A stretch of DNA of 64,000 nt from a virus. A program made the translations under genes and the position numbers. The stretch covers positions 1-64,000 of the IMG/VR virus record IMGVR_UViG_3300023106_000002; one strand, 5' to 3'. The first letter of the stretch is position 1. Each line of letters opens with the position of its first letter. Positions 10,317-19,743 of the stretch are shown here, in pieces. The notes beneath the pieces were generated by a model. That model had not been told where the DNA came from. It saw only the letters and a list, made by a program, of their open reading frames with translations, and searched no databases.

Positions 10317-10826
10317 ATGAGTACAGAACTTGATAAAATGAGAAGACAAATTGTTGATCTTTATAGTAAGATTGATAAAATGTCACAAGGTGGAGGTGAA
10401 GGAGGAATACCTGAAGCACCTGAAGATGGAGAACAGTATGGAAGACAATCAAATGAATGGACACTTATTGATAATACTATAGGTAATGTAAGACCTTATA
10501 AATCATTTACTGCAAATATAACACAAGATGGTACAGACTCACCAATAGTAATTGATTACATTCTTGAAAATCAGTTTAACTCAGAAATTACTACACAGAG
10601 AATTGTTCAAGGTCAACATAAAATAACTTGTACAGAGTGGATTGTTGATAATGAAAAGGTAAGAATATATCCTGAATATGTTGTTAATGGTGCAGGTAAT
10701 GTAGGTTTGACAGCAAGTACAGGATTTGATTCTAGTACAGGTTCTATACAAATATTTGCGAATCAAAATGGAACACCAAGTGATTACTTTGGATTTGAAA
10801 GAATAGAACTAAGAATTTACGATTAA
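10317..10826 (+). CDS. Small trimeric fibre protein, N-terminal paralogue of 9853-10311
   Basis: RQIVDLYSKI...GGG..GIPEAPEDGEQYGRQSNEW; unrelated beta-rich C-terminal domain. Confidence 0.65.
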   Translation: MSTELDKMRRQIVDLYSKIDKMSQGGGEGGIPEAPEDGEQYGRQSNEWTLIDNTIGNVRPYKSFTANITQDGTDSPIVIDYILENQFNSEITTQRIVQGQHKITCTEWIVDNEKVRIYPEYVVNGAGNVGLTASTGFDSSTGSIQIFANQNGTPSDYFGFERIELRIYD

Positions 10827-10840
10827 TAATAACTATCATT

Positions 10841-11869
10841 ATGGCAGTAGCTTATACATATAAGAAGTACAAAGATGTTTATACGTTGCAAAACATCAAC
10901 TCAAATAATATCAGTTATATTTTTGAGAAGGTAGATTGTGATAATGTTGAAAACATTGAAAGCGGAGTATTAGTAGCAAATGCTATTTATACATTACCTC
11001 TTAATAGAATTGATGGTACTTATCAATTAAGATTAAGTGATGGTAATTTAAATACAGCATTAATAATTAAGTATTATAACAACTTGCTTATTAGCGTTAT
11101 TAATAGTGTGGAAGTAACTATCTGCAAATGCTGTCAAGATTGTGATGAATGCGATGAAACAGATTATTGTGATGTACAGTTAAGTGCAATCCTAAGTACA
11201 TTAAGTTATTCAATATTAATGAATCCTGAATATGCTCGATACATTAATATCATTGCTGAAAGCATTAAATGTAAGATTGATGATGTGCTATTATTTTCAT
11301 TAACTAATAAGTTAATCAATGGTGAAGAAGATCAGAAAGACTTAGTTCTTAAACTAATAGGTATGTACTATCTTGCATACTATGTCAAAGATGTTCTTGC
11401 AGCAGAAGATGAAGAAGAAGCTGAATACATTAAACAAAAATATAACTATTCTAAAATTGTAAAGTGCTTGAGAAAACTAAGTATTGATATTGATGAAACA
11501 AATGATGGATTCTTAGATACTCCTTCAATTAGAGTACATTACTGGCAAGGAACATTGGGTCAAACTTTTGCTCAAATACAAGCTTTGTTTTCATCTGCGT
11601 TTGTTGCTAGCAAACCTTATCAATTATTCGATACTTTTGAACAAGGATATACAGTACCTTATACTGTTGCAGGAGGAAGACCTTGCTTTGCAATTGTAAA
11701 TACAGATGATATTAACTTTCAATTGAAAGATCAATTCAATGGAGATGTTACTGACGAGTTTGATTCTATTTATTCAACTATGTTAAGAACTACTCTATTT
11801 GTTGCTAAAGAACCTAAGGGTATAAGTGAAGTCTACTTTAAATTTAAAAAAATAACTTATGGCATTTAA
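10841..11869 (+). CDS. Putative tail hub/fibre-attachment protein
   Basis: Beta-rich N-terminus, Cys cluster CKCCQDCDEC, helical middle; overlaps the next fibre gene. Confidence 0.45.
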   Translation: MAVAYTYKKYKDVYTLQNINSNNISYIFEKVDCDNVENIESGVLVANAIYTLPLNRIDGTYQLRLSDGNLNTALIIKYYNNLLISVINSVEVTICKCCQDCDECDETDYCDVQLSAILSTLSYSILMNPEYARYINIIAESIKCKIDDVLLFSLTNKLINGEEDQKDLVLKLIGMYYLAYYVKDVLAAEDEEEAEYIKQKYNYSKIVKCLRKLSIDIDETNDGFLDTPSIRVHYWQGTLGQTFAQIQALFSSAFVASKPYQLFDTFEQGYTVPYTVAGGRPCFAIVNTDDINFQLKDQFNGDVTDEFDSIYSTMLRTTLFVAKEPKGISEVYFKFKKITYGI

Positions 11870-13508
11870 TGATATTATTACAGGACTTCGTGTTGTAAAC
11901 CAAGAACCTTTAGATCCTAAGAAGTGGTCACCAAGTGAAAATATATTATCATCACTTGGTGCATCAAATACATTAGCATATACTTATTATGATGGTATGC
12001 GAGTAGACTGCGCAGCAGAAGGAACTGTATGGGAGTGGAGAGAAAAGCAAGAAGATGAAAACGGACTTACTATTGACTTTGTGTATCCTGCTAGTTGGAT
12101 AGTTAATGGTATTGATTATTCATCTAAAACTTATAACTTTTTTAAAGTACTTCAAGCAATTGATGTTGATGTAGATATTGAAACAACTACTTTAATTATT
12201 ACAAAAGAAGTTGATAATGGTAAAATAACATTTACTATTGATACACCTGCTATATCAGATTTAAGACAGTTTGTTGTAAACAATGCTTATACAGGAGATG
12301 AAGAAATAGGTACAAATGCAAAACCTTTTAAAGATATACCTCAAGCATTGACTACGTTTATTGGTACAGGAACATTACAATCTCCTCAATATGCAGGAGC
12401 ATTTATTGATGTGCAGCCAGGAAATGCTCCTTATAATGTTGTACAGCATTTTACAATTAATAACTGTAGAGTACTTGTAAGAAATGGAGCAACTGTAAAT
12501 TCAAATCCTACTATAAACTGGTCAATTGATTATGAACTGTTACCTATAGGTGTTGCTTCAAATACTATTATTGATGTTGAAGAAGGTGGTAATTTTATTT
12601 GCTTTAAAAATGGTTGTAGAAACAAAGGTACAAATGTAGCATCGAGTAACTATGAGATAAGTAAAACAATCTATATAAAAGGTATGGGTCAAATGAAACT
12701 GGCTCCTGCTTCTTCAAGCAATCCAAATCAATATGTATTATTTGATTGTAATGCTGATAAAAGTGTAAGAGGAAATGATGGTGGTGCATTGCTTAATATA
12801 GAAAATACAAGTATTAATACAGAAGATCAACCTATTATTAAAGCAGGTAGCAATTTCATTGATTTTAAAAACGTTAAGTTTGGAATTAGTAGTATAGGTA
12901 GAGCAGTATCAGAAGATTTAGTTGCATTTCAATTTGCAGGATCAAGTTCTATCAGAGCATCTAATTGTACATTTTATTATTATGGTACTAATAATATTAA
13001 AGTGGGTATGACTTTAGACAATACTTGTCGTGTTGTTCTTACTAATCCAATTCTTAATGGAAACTTAACCACCTGTTTCGCAAAGAATTTATCAACTACT
13101 CAAAAATCTGAACTTACAATGCTAAGTAGTACGACTATTGATGGGTTTTATATTGTTGATTTAAATAATGGTACACCTTTATCAACTCCTAGTAACTTAC
13201 TATTAAGTAATTTGCTTTCAGGTAAGTGGGATACATTACGAATTAACAACTGTTATATTAACAGAGCATCAATTGATTCTACAAAGATTGATTTAACTAA
13301 TGCGAACTTTCAAGGATGCATCAACTTTTTTGGAAATCCAATCAATAATGTCATTCAGGTGAGAGAAGATTTACCTATTAGAACAGGAAGAACAACTGGT
13401 TCGATTCCTGCAACAGACTTACCAAAGAATACGAAATTTATTAATACAGCAGGAGCAGCAGTAAATACAACTCCTACATTAAGTTGGTTTATTGATATAA
13501 ACATTTAA
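11859..13508 (+). CDS. Tail fibre/spike with probable beta-helix
   Basis: N-terminal anchor (EPLDPK), GTNAKPFKDIPQAL motif preceding Asn/Ile-rich beta-helix-like sequence. Confidence 0.6.
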   Translation: MAFNDIITGLRVVNQEPLDPKKWSPSENILSSLGASNTLAYTYYDGMRVDCAAEGTVWEWREKQEDENGLTIDFVYPASWIVNGIDYSSKTYNFFKVLQAIDVDVDIETTTLIITKEVDNGKITFTIDTPAISDLRQFVVNNAYTGDEEIGTNAKPFKDIPQALTTFIGTGTLQSPQYAGAFIDVQPGNAPYNVVQHFTINNCRVLVRNGATVNSNPTINWSIDYELLPIGVASNTIIDVEEGGNFICFKNGCRNKGTNVASSNYEISKTIYIKGMGQMKLAPASSSNPNQYVLFDCNADKSVRGNDGGALLNIENTSINTEDQPIIKAGSNFIDFKNVKFGISSIGRAVSEDLVAFQFAGSSSIRASNCTFYYYGTNNIKVGMTLDNTCRVVLTNPILNGNLTTCFAKNLSTTQKSELTMLSSTTIDGFYIVDLNNGTPLSTPSNLLLSNLLSGKWDTLRINNCYINRASIDSTKIDLTNANFQGCINFFGNPINNVIQVREDLPIRTGRTTGSIPATDLPKNTKFINTAGAAVNTTPTLSWFIDINI

Positions 13509-13517
13509 TAATAACAG

Positions 13518-15374
13518 ATGAAGAACTTTGAACTAAAGGTATCAAAAGATTTAAATATTTTATTCGCAGAAGTAAGATGTTTAAAAAAGAACATAGGATG
13601 TTCTGATTCATCAGTTGCTTATGTTAAGACAGTAAACAATATGTCACCTGATGAATTCGGGAATGTGAATGTTGAAGGTGGTGGAGGTTCAGGACTTGAA
13701 TTAGGGATTACTTCTGATACTGCTTTTAGAGGGGACTACGGGCAAAACGCCTATGTTCATTCTTTGCTGGTATCAGGTAATCCTCATAATGTTAATAAAA
13801 CTGAAATAGGTTTACCTTTTGTTGATAATACATCAGATGTAGACAAACCTGTGAGTACTGCTCAACAAGCTGCTATTGATTTTGTTGAGTTTACTATAGG
13901 TATGCATACCTCAAATACATCTAATCCTCATAATGTTACAGCTACACAAGTTGGATTAGGAAATGTTAACAATACTTCAGATGCAAATAAACCTTTATCT
14001 ACTGCAAGCATTAGTGCCTTATCAGGTAAAGCAGATTTAGATGGTAATGGTAAAGTACCTTTAAGTCAGATTAATGATGTATTACTTGGTAATGTACATT
14101 ATAGAGGACTTTATAATGGGACTATAGTTACAGCTTCTCCTGATCCTTCTTTAATAGGTAATCCTTTACCATCAGCAAGTAATGTAGGATATTATTTCAT
14201 ATCTACAGGAGTATTTACTCTTAGTGGAAACTCTTACAATGTAGGAGACTGGCTTATTGCAAATGGTACAGCTTATGATAAAGTTGATAATACTGATGCA
14301 GTATCAACTGTAAATGGACAAACTGGAGTTGTAGTTATAGGTAAGAGTGATGTAGGATTATCTAATGTAGATAATACTTCAGATATAAACAAACCTGTTT
14401 CATCAGCGCAAGCAACAGCAATAGCATTAAAGCAGAATCAATTAAATGGTACAGGTCTTGTCAGAATGACAGGAACAACTGTATCTTATGATACAGCAGT
14501 ATATCTTACTTCTGTATCGAATGCTAATGTAACAGTAGGAGCAAACATTGATGCAGCTAAAATTGGTACAGGTATAGTATCTACAACAGAATTTAATTAT
14601 TTAGATGGAGTTACATCATCAATACAAACTCAGATTGATAATCAATGGGGAACAACAGGTAATGCTCTTCCCGATGCAACTAAAGTATTAGGTAGTACTA
14701 ATAATGTTAACTTTAGTATCATAAGAAACAATGCTCCACAGTTTATTTTTAATAATGGATCAATAGGAGTAAGTGGAAATACTATGCTTATTGGAGGTAA
14801 TGTTGGAAACAATGGTAGTTTATTTATTGGTAATGGTTCAGGTGGAGGATACTTTACTAGAAACATTACTGGTTCTGCATCAGTATTTAAGTTCTCTAAT
14901 TTATTTTCAACATCAACAGGTAACATTCTTGACTTAGAAAGTAATATTGGAGGAACTATAGCTGTAAGAGCAGCTTTCCAAAATGATGGAAGATTGACTA
15001 TACCTAATGGAACACAACCTACAGATGCGGTTAATTTAAGTCAGGTTACTACACCTGTTGTAGAAGTTGTTACAGCTTCTCAACCTATGAATGTGAATAC
15101 AAAATATATCGCAAACTTAGGAACTTTAGTTACTTTACCTTTACCTGCAACAGCAGCACAAGGACAACAGATTCTTGTAAGAGGTAAAGGTTTAGGAGGT
15201 TGGAAGATTACTCAAAATGCAGGACAAGTAATACATGGTGCATCAGATACAACAACTGGTACAGGAGGTTCTATTGCATCTCAATCAAGATATGATACTG
15301 TAGCACTTGAATGTATTACAGCTAATACTGACTGGATCATTATTTCTAATAGAGGAACTTTAACAATAGTATAA
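13518..15374 (+). CDS. Fibre protein with phage tail repeats
   Basis: Three GLxNVDNTSDxxKPVS repeats, FNYLDGVTSSIQTQ repeat, TDAVNLSQ neck motif, C-terminal VTLPLPATAA domain. Confidence 0.75.
   Translation: MKNFELKVSKDLNILFAEVRCLKKNIGCSDSSVAYVKTVNNMSPDEFGNVNVEGGGGSGLELGITSDTAFRGDYGQNAYVHSLLVSGNPHNVNKTEIGLPFVDNTSDVDKPVSTAQQAAIDFVEFTIGMHTSNTSNPHNVTATQVGLGNVNNTSDANKPLSTASISALSGKADLDGNGKVPLSQINDVLLGNVHYRGLYNGTIVTASPDPSLIGNPLPSASNVGYYFISTGVFTLSGNSYNVGDWLIANGTAYDKVDNTDAVSTVNGQTGVVVIGKSDVGLSNVDNTSDINKPVSSAQATAIALKQNQLNGTGLVRMTGTTVSYDTAVYLTSVSNANVTVGANIDAAKIGTGIVSTTEFNYLDGVTSSIQTQIDNQWGTTGNALPDATKVLGSTNNVNFSIIRNNAPQFIFNNGSIGVSGNTMLIGGNVGNNGSLFIGNGSGGGYFTRNITGSASVFKFSNLFSTSTGNILDLESNIGGTIAVRAAFQNDGRLTIPNGTQPTDAVNLSQVTTPVVEVVTASQPMNVNTKYIANLGTLVTLPLPATAAQGQQILVRGKGLGGWKITQNAGQVIHGASDTTTGTGGSIASQSRYDTVALECITANTDWIIISNRGTLTIV
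13779..14430 (+). repeat. Three intragenic phage-tail (NTSDxxKP) repeats
   Basis: Units start near 13779, 13923 and 14340; AATCCTCATAATGTTA is exactly repeated at 13779 and 13923. Confidence 0.75.
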
Positions 15375-15375
15375 T

Positions 15376-15900
15376 ATGGCTTTAGTAACTAGACGAGAAA
15401 CGAGTAGAGGATTTTCCCTTACTGAGACAGGAGGTAATACTTTAACTAATAGTACTGTTGAAACCAGTCTCTTTAGTTACGTTATTCCAGCAGGAAAGAT
15501 GGGTACAAGTAAAATTCTTAAATTTGAAATCATTTGTCATATTACTACTCCTGCATTAAGTATTCCTTCTTTAACAATCAAGATAAAACTTGGTGCAGCG
15601 GTATTGACTATTGTATCAACTGCTACATTAGGAGCAGCAATAGCAGATAAACCTATTAAGATAGAAGGAACTATTGCAAATCTTAGCGCAACAAATGCTC
15701 AATTCGTATATGCTCAACTTACAAGTGCAAGTGGTTCAGGATTAATTTTTTCATTACTGTCTGCATCTACTGTTGTAACAGATGCAGCATGGACAGTAGA
15801 TACTACATTAGATCAAACTTTTGCTGTGACAGGACAGTTTGGTGGTTTATCAGGGACAACAAGCATAACACCTAAATTAGTATCAATCGATTTATCTTAA
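15376..15900 (+). CDS. Putative fibre-associated beta-sandwich protein
   Basis: 174 aa Thr/Ser/Ile-rich beta-type sequence, 1 nt after the fibre gene. Confidence 0.45.
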   Translation: MALVTRRETSRGFSLTETGGNTLTNSTVETSLFSYVIPAGKMGTSKILKFEIICHITTPALSIPSLTIKIKLGAAVLTIVSTATLGAAIADKPIKIEGTIANLSATNAQFVYAQLTSASGSGLIFSLLSASTVVTDAAWTVDTTLDQTFAVTGQFGGLSGTTSITPKLVSIDLS

Positions 15901-15904
15901 TACT

Positions 15905-16492
15905 ATGTCAATATTTAGCAACATATTTTTATTTTTTGTTAGAAACATTTATCTGATACATCAGGGTTCTTTATCTATAAAGTTAAAAGCAGTAGCTAAA
16001 CTATCACTTGCTGTTAGTCCTGTTGCTTATATCATAGAGAAGGTGACATTATGGTCTTTACTTAATCAAGATTTCATGGCAGGTATATTGGCTGCTATTA
16101 TTATTGATTATATCATAGGTTGTATGTATCATGGATTTAAGAAAAGAGATTGGGATAACAAAAAGAATATACAAGGTCTTCTTACAAAGATAGGTTTTGC
16201 TGCAACTGCTGCTATCTTGTTTGAAATACTTAGTGGTATGACTATCAAACATCAAAATATATATGACTACTTACAACTTATAACAAGGTTGATGGTATTC
16301 TTATATCCTGCTGGTTCAGCATTCATGAACATGAGTGCACTAACAGATGGAGCATTTCCACCTACAGGATGGATCAATAGAATTAAACGTTTCAATAAAG
16401 ACTTGGATGTTGAGAAACTTACAGGCAGTCAAGTTCCTCGTCAAGAACCAGCATCAGAAGATGATGTGATGCCTAAACCGCCTCAGGATTAA
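15905..16492 (+). CDS. Putative holin
   Basis: Three to four hydrophobic segments, IIIDYIIG motif, charged C-terminus; end of the fibre block. Confidence 0.6.
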   Translation: MSIFSNIFLFFVRNIYLIHQGSLSIKLKAVAKLSLAVSPVAYIIEKVTLWSLLNQDFMAGILAAIIIDYIIGCMYHGFKKRDWDNKKNIQGLLTKIGFAATAAILFEILSGMTIKHQNIYDYLQLITRLMVFLYPAGSAFMNMSALTDGAFPPTGWINRIKRFNKDLDVEKLTGSQVPRQEPASEDDVMPKPPQD

Positions 16493-16503
16493 AATTTGAA
16501 AAA

Positions 16504-16537
16504 TTGGCTGTACCATTTAATTTTTTGCATATATTTG
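16504..16537 (+). promoter_or_regulatory. Putative host sigma-A promoter, possibly leaderless
   Basis: TATATTTG at 16530-16537, only 4 nt before the ATG at 16542; upstream TTG at 16504-16506 gives a long 23-nt spacer. Confidence 0.5.
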
Positions 16538-16541
16538 TACA

Positions 16542-17309
16542 ATGGAAGCAATTAAATCTAAAATCCAATCTCAGTTCAGTCAATTAGAATTTGATGAGGC
16601 TGCGCATACCTATAAGGCTCAGGGATTAAAATATCCTTCAGTATCATCTCACATTCATAATTTTGAAGAAGCTGTAAATTGGGAAGAGAAAGCAGGACAT
16701 GTAGCAAGAAGAGATGGTAAGACTACAGAACAAGTGCTAGGAGAATGGAAAGAAAATAATGAAGAGTCAACAGATAGAGGTCATAGAGTTCACTTGTTTG
16801 GTGAACTTTATCCATTTAATAGAAACTTGAAACCATTCATTATGAAGGATGGTAAACCTTGTCCTCAAGAATTAGCAGTTATGAAGTTTTGGAATGATCT
16901 TCCAGCACATATAATTATAGTATCACTTGAGATAAGAATGTTTCATCCTTTGTTAAGATATGCGGGAACAAGTGACATTCTATTATACAACATTAAAGAT
17001 GGTACTTTTATCATAGCAGATTATAAAACAAACAATGATCTGTTCAAGAACTTTAAAGGTAAAAAGTTACTTGCTCCATTTGGACACTTACTTGATTGTC
17101 CTTTAAACAAATATCAAATTCAATTATCACTATATCAGATACTCTTTGAACAAACTGGATATAAAGTTTCACAAAGAAAGATTATATGGTTATTGAAAGA
17201 AGACATGGTTGTAAACAAGGTACAGTACAAAGCAGGAGAATATGTTATGTTCGATGCTGAAGATTTGACAGATACTTTGAGAAATTATCTATCTAAACAA
17301 TTAAATTAA
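16542..17309 (+). CDS. PD-(D/E)XK exonuclease-like protein
   Basis: YPSVS, RGHRVH, YAGTSDILL, IADYKT and YQIQLSLY motifs. Confidence 0.82.
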   Translation: MEAIKSKIQSQFSQLEFDEAAHTYKAQGLKYPSVSSHIHNFEEAVNWEEKAGHVARRDGKTTEQVLGEWKENNEESTDRGHRVHLFGELYPFNRNLKPFIMKDGKPCPQELAVMKFWNDLPAHIIIVSLEIRMFHPLLRYAGTSDILLYNIKDGTFIIADYKTNNDLFKNFKGKKLLAPFGHLLDCPLNKYQIQLSLYQILFEQTGYKVSQRKIIWLLKEDMVVNKVQYKAGEYVMFDAEDLTDTLRNYLSKQLN

Positions 17310-17310
17310 T

Positions 17311-18021
17311 ATGGCTGCTATAACTATTGGTGAGATGATTGACAGAGTTCAAACTCTTTATAATAAAGGAGTGAAGAGTGATGATACTCGTTTAAAAGAT
17401 CGCTATGTTTATAGCAAACTTAAAACAGTATGGGGAAAGTTAATAACTCAAAAGATCATTAAGAAACAATTCATTAGTGATTGGAGTTATACTGTATTAC
17501 CATGTGTAGAACTTATACCTGTTGCTAATCATGAATGTCCTTGTATTCCTGACTTAGGATGCAAAGTATACAGAACTCGTTATTCATTACCTAAATCATT
17601 AAGCGATTTGAATGAACATATCATTAGATATGTAATGAACATTACAAGTGGTAGTATAATTAGTCCTAGCACTAGAGAAACTTATATACACAATCAAGGA
17701 AATAAATTTACATCTCAAGGATTAAGATACATCATTGAGAAAGGACATATATTTGTGTATGGTAAAAACGTACCTACTTTGATTAAGATTAAATATCTTC
17801 CTGAAGATCCTATTGAAGCACTTGCATATCCATCTTTTTGTGGTGACTGTAAAGATTGTGATGATTGTATTGCTATACGAGATATGGTATTTCCTATTGA
17901 TGGAGATATGATTGATGATGTTATTGAAATGACAAACATTGAAATCGCTAAATACTTTGTACAAGGTAGAGAAGATCTAAGTAATAATGCAGTTGATTCA
18001 ATAAGAGAAGAAGCGAAGTAG
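17311..18021 (+). CDS. Putative tail ring protein
   Basis: LPCVELIPV..C, PEDP and FPIDGDMI motifs and C-terminal DLSNNA as in crAss ring proteins. Confidence 0.6.
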   Translation: MAAITIGEMIDRVQTLYNKGVKSDDTRLKDRYVYSKLKTVWGKLITQKIIKKQFISDWSYTVLPCVELIPVANHECPCIPDLGCKVYRTRYSLPKSLSDLNEHIIRYVMNITSGSIISPSTRETYIHNQGNKFTSQGLRYIIEKGHIFVYGKNVPTLIKIKYLPEDPIEALAYPSFCGDCKDCDDCIAIRDMVFPIDGDMIDDVIEMTNIEIAKYFVQGREDLSNNAVDSIREEAK

Positions 18022-18022
18022 T

Positions 18023-18496
18023 ATGGACAAAACAGAAGCTAGTACAAGAGAGAGTTATGCTGCTTATCGTAAAGCTGTTGATAAACCTCAGAAGATTGAA
18101 GTTTATACAAGATTAGCTAATGCTTATAATAAATTTCTATTCGATAAAGTATTCGATGGAGAAGAAGTGACTCTTCCTGCAAGGATGGGAACTCTAATGA
18201 TTGTTGGTAAGAAACATGGAATTCATTTTTCAGAGAAATCAGGAAGACCTTTACTAGCACCTCATTGGAGAAAGACCAAAGAACTATGGGAAACAAGTGA
18301 TGTAGCAAGAGCAAATAGAACCGTGGTTTATTGTACTAATGAACATAGTGGAGGAGTAAGATATAAATTTTTATGGTCAAAGAATAAAGTGGCTATTGAA
18401 AACAAGTACTTATACACACTAAGAGTAACACGAACAAACAAGAGAAGATTGTATAGAGCAATAATGGCAGGAACTGAATATTATGTAAAACAATAA
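18023..18496 (+). CDS. IHF/HU-like DNA-binding protein (crAss type)
   Basis: GEEVTLPARMGTLMI motif, W..TKELW, YKFLWSK; basic; syntenic before the tail tubular gene. Confidence 0.7.
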   Translation: MDKTEASTRESYAAYRKAVDKPQKIEVYTRLANAYNKFLFDKVFDGEEVTLPARMGTLMIVGKKHGIHFSEKSGRPLLAPHWRKTKELWETSDVARANRTVVYCTNEHSGGVRYKFLWSKNKVAIENKYLYTLRVTRTNKRRLYRAIMAGTEYYVKQ

Positions 18497-18500
18497 CGAT

Positions 18501-18764
18501 ATGGCAGCAGACTTAAAATCAGCAAGTTTTGAAGGCAAGAAAGAATTTACTTTACCTAAAGGAGCAAAGGTAATATCTAAAGAAGTTAGATTAACTGTAA
18601 AGGAAATTGAAAATGGATTCATCTTGTGTAAGAGTTACGATATAAGATATACAGCAGGAGATCATACTGATTATGTTTACTTCAGTAAAGAATGGTACTC
18701 AGCAACAAATCCTATTGAAGTTAAGATTGATAACAAGGAGATGTCCTTAGCAGATAAATTATAA
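18501..18764 (+). CDS. Hypothetical protein
   Basis: 87-aa ORF tightly packed in the operon. Confidence 0.6.
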   Translation: MAADLKSASFEGKKEFTLPKGAKVISKEVRLTVKEIENGFILCKSYDIRYTAGDHTDYVYFSKEWYSATNPIEVKIDNKEMSLADKL

Positions 18765-18768
18765 TAAG

Positions 18769-19743
18769 ATGCAAAAGTTTCAATTCGCAAAAGCAGATTC
18801 GATATTAGCAAAGTTCAATAGAGATTTCAAAGGTCTTAATATTTCAGAACTCGATGCTGTAGAATGGATTGGTGAAGCACTTGGTTTCATGAAAATTGTA
18901 ACTGCATCAGAACACGCAGTTGCTTTTTATGAAGTTAAGAACTATCATACAGAAATTCCATTTGGTATGCATTACATTACTCAAATTGCTAGAAACAATG
19001 ATTGGGAAGGTGAGCAATCAAATCAGTTATGTGTAATTGATACTATTGATTCACTTACTGGTGAATGTGACTTTGAAGATAATCGTTGTATTGATAACTT
19101 AGTCAATGCTCATACAGATTGTCAAGGTAAGTTAATAGGTGATTATGAACCCGCTTATTATAGACCTTTCTTTGATCTTCAATATGAATATCTTGGATGG
19201 GCACATTCTCGAACAAGACAATCTAAATACTCAACTGTAACTTTAGCCAATCATACCTTTTTTAATACATTAGTTTGCAAAGAAGAAGGTATGGAAGATT
19301 TATATACAGATGGATGTAGAGGAGATGAATATACTATTGCAGGAGATTCACTACGATTCAATTTTGAATCAGGTTTCGTAGCAATTGCATATACTCGTAC
19401 AATGCTGGATAAAGATACAGGTTATCCTATGATACCTGATGATGAGTCAGCAAGAGCAGCTATTACATATTATCTTGGATGGAAATTCAAAGAACAAGAA
19501 TGTTGGAATCATAGAGAAGGTTCTTGTCAGCTTGCTGATAGAGCAGAACAACATTGGTTGAAGTATGTGAAACAATTTAAGAATAAAGCAAAGATGCCTA
19601 CAGGAGTAGATCAACATCAAAGACTTGCTAATCAAGGTAATTATCTTATACCTCCTCGTAACAGAACATTTGGTTTCTTTGGGAACTTAGGTTCACCTGA
19701 AAAAAGAAGATTTAATACTCCTAACAGAAGAACATACTACTAA
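18769..19743 (+). CDS. Tail tubular/ring protein (P22 gp4-like position)
   Basis: EWIGEAL, DKDTGYPMIPDD and AITYY motifs; TAATG-coupled to the muzzle gene. Confidence 0.72.
   Translation: MQKFQFAKADSILAKFNRDFKGLNISELDAVEWIGEALGFMKIVTASEHAVAFYEVKNYHTEIPFGMHYITQIARNNDWEGEQSNQLCVIDTIDSLTGECDFEDNRCIDNLVNAHTDCQGKLIGDYEPAYYRPFFDLQYEYLGWAHSRTRQSKYSTVTLANHTFFNTLVCKEEGMEDLYTDGCRGDEYTIAGDSLRFNFESGFVAIAYTRTMLDKDTGYPMIPDDESARAAITYYLGWKFKEQECWNHREGSCQLADRAEQHWLKYVKQFKNKAKMPTGVDQHQRLANQGNYLIPPRNRTFGFFGNLGSPEKRRFNTPNRRTYY

Noticed and set aside
16542-17309. Cas4 annotation for the nuclease
   Set aside because: Lacks the conserved four-Cys Fe-S ligands and there is no CRISPR context
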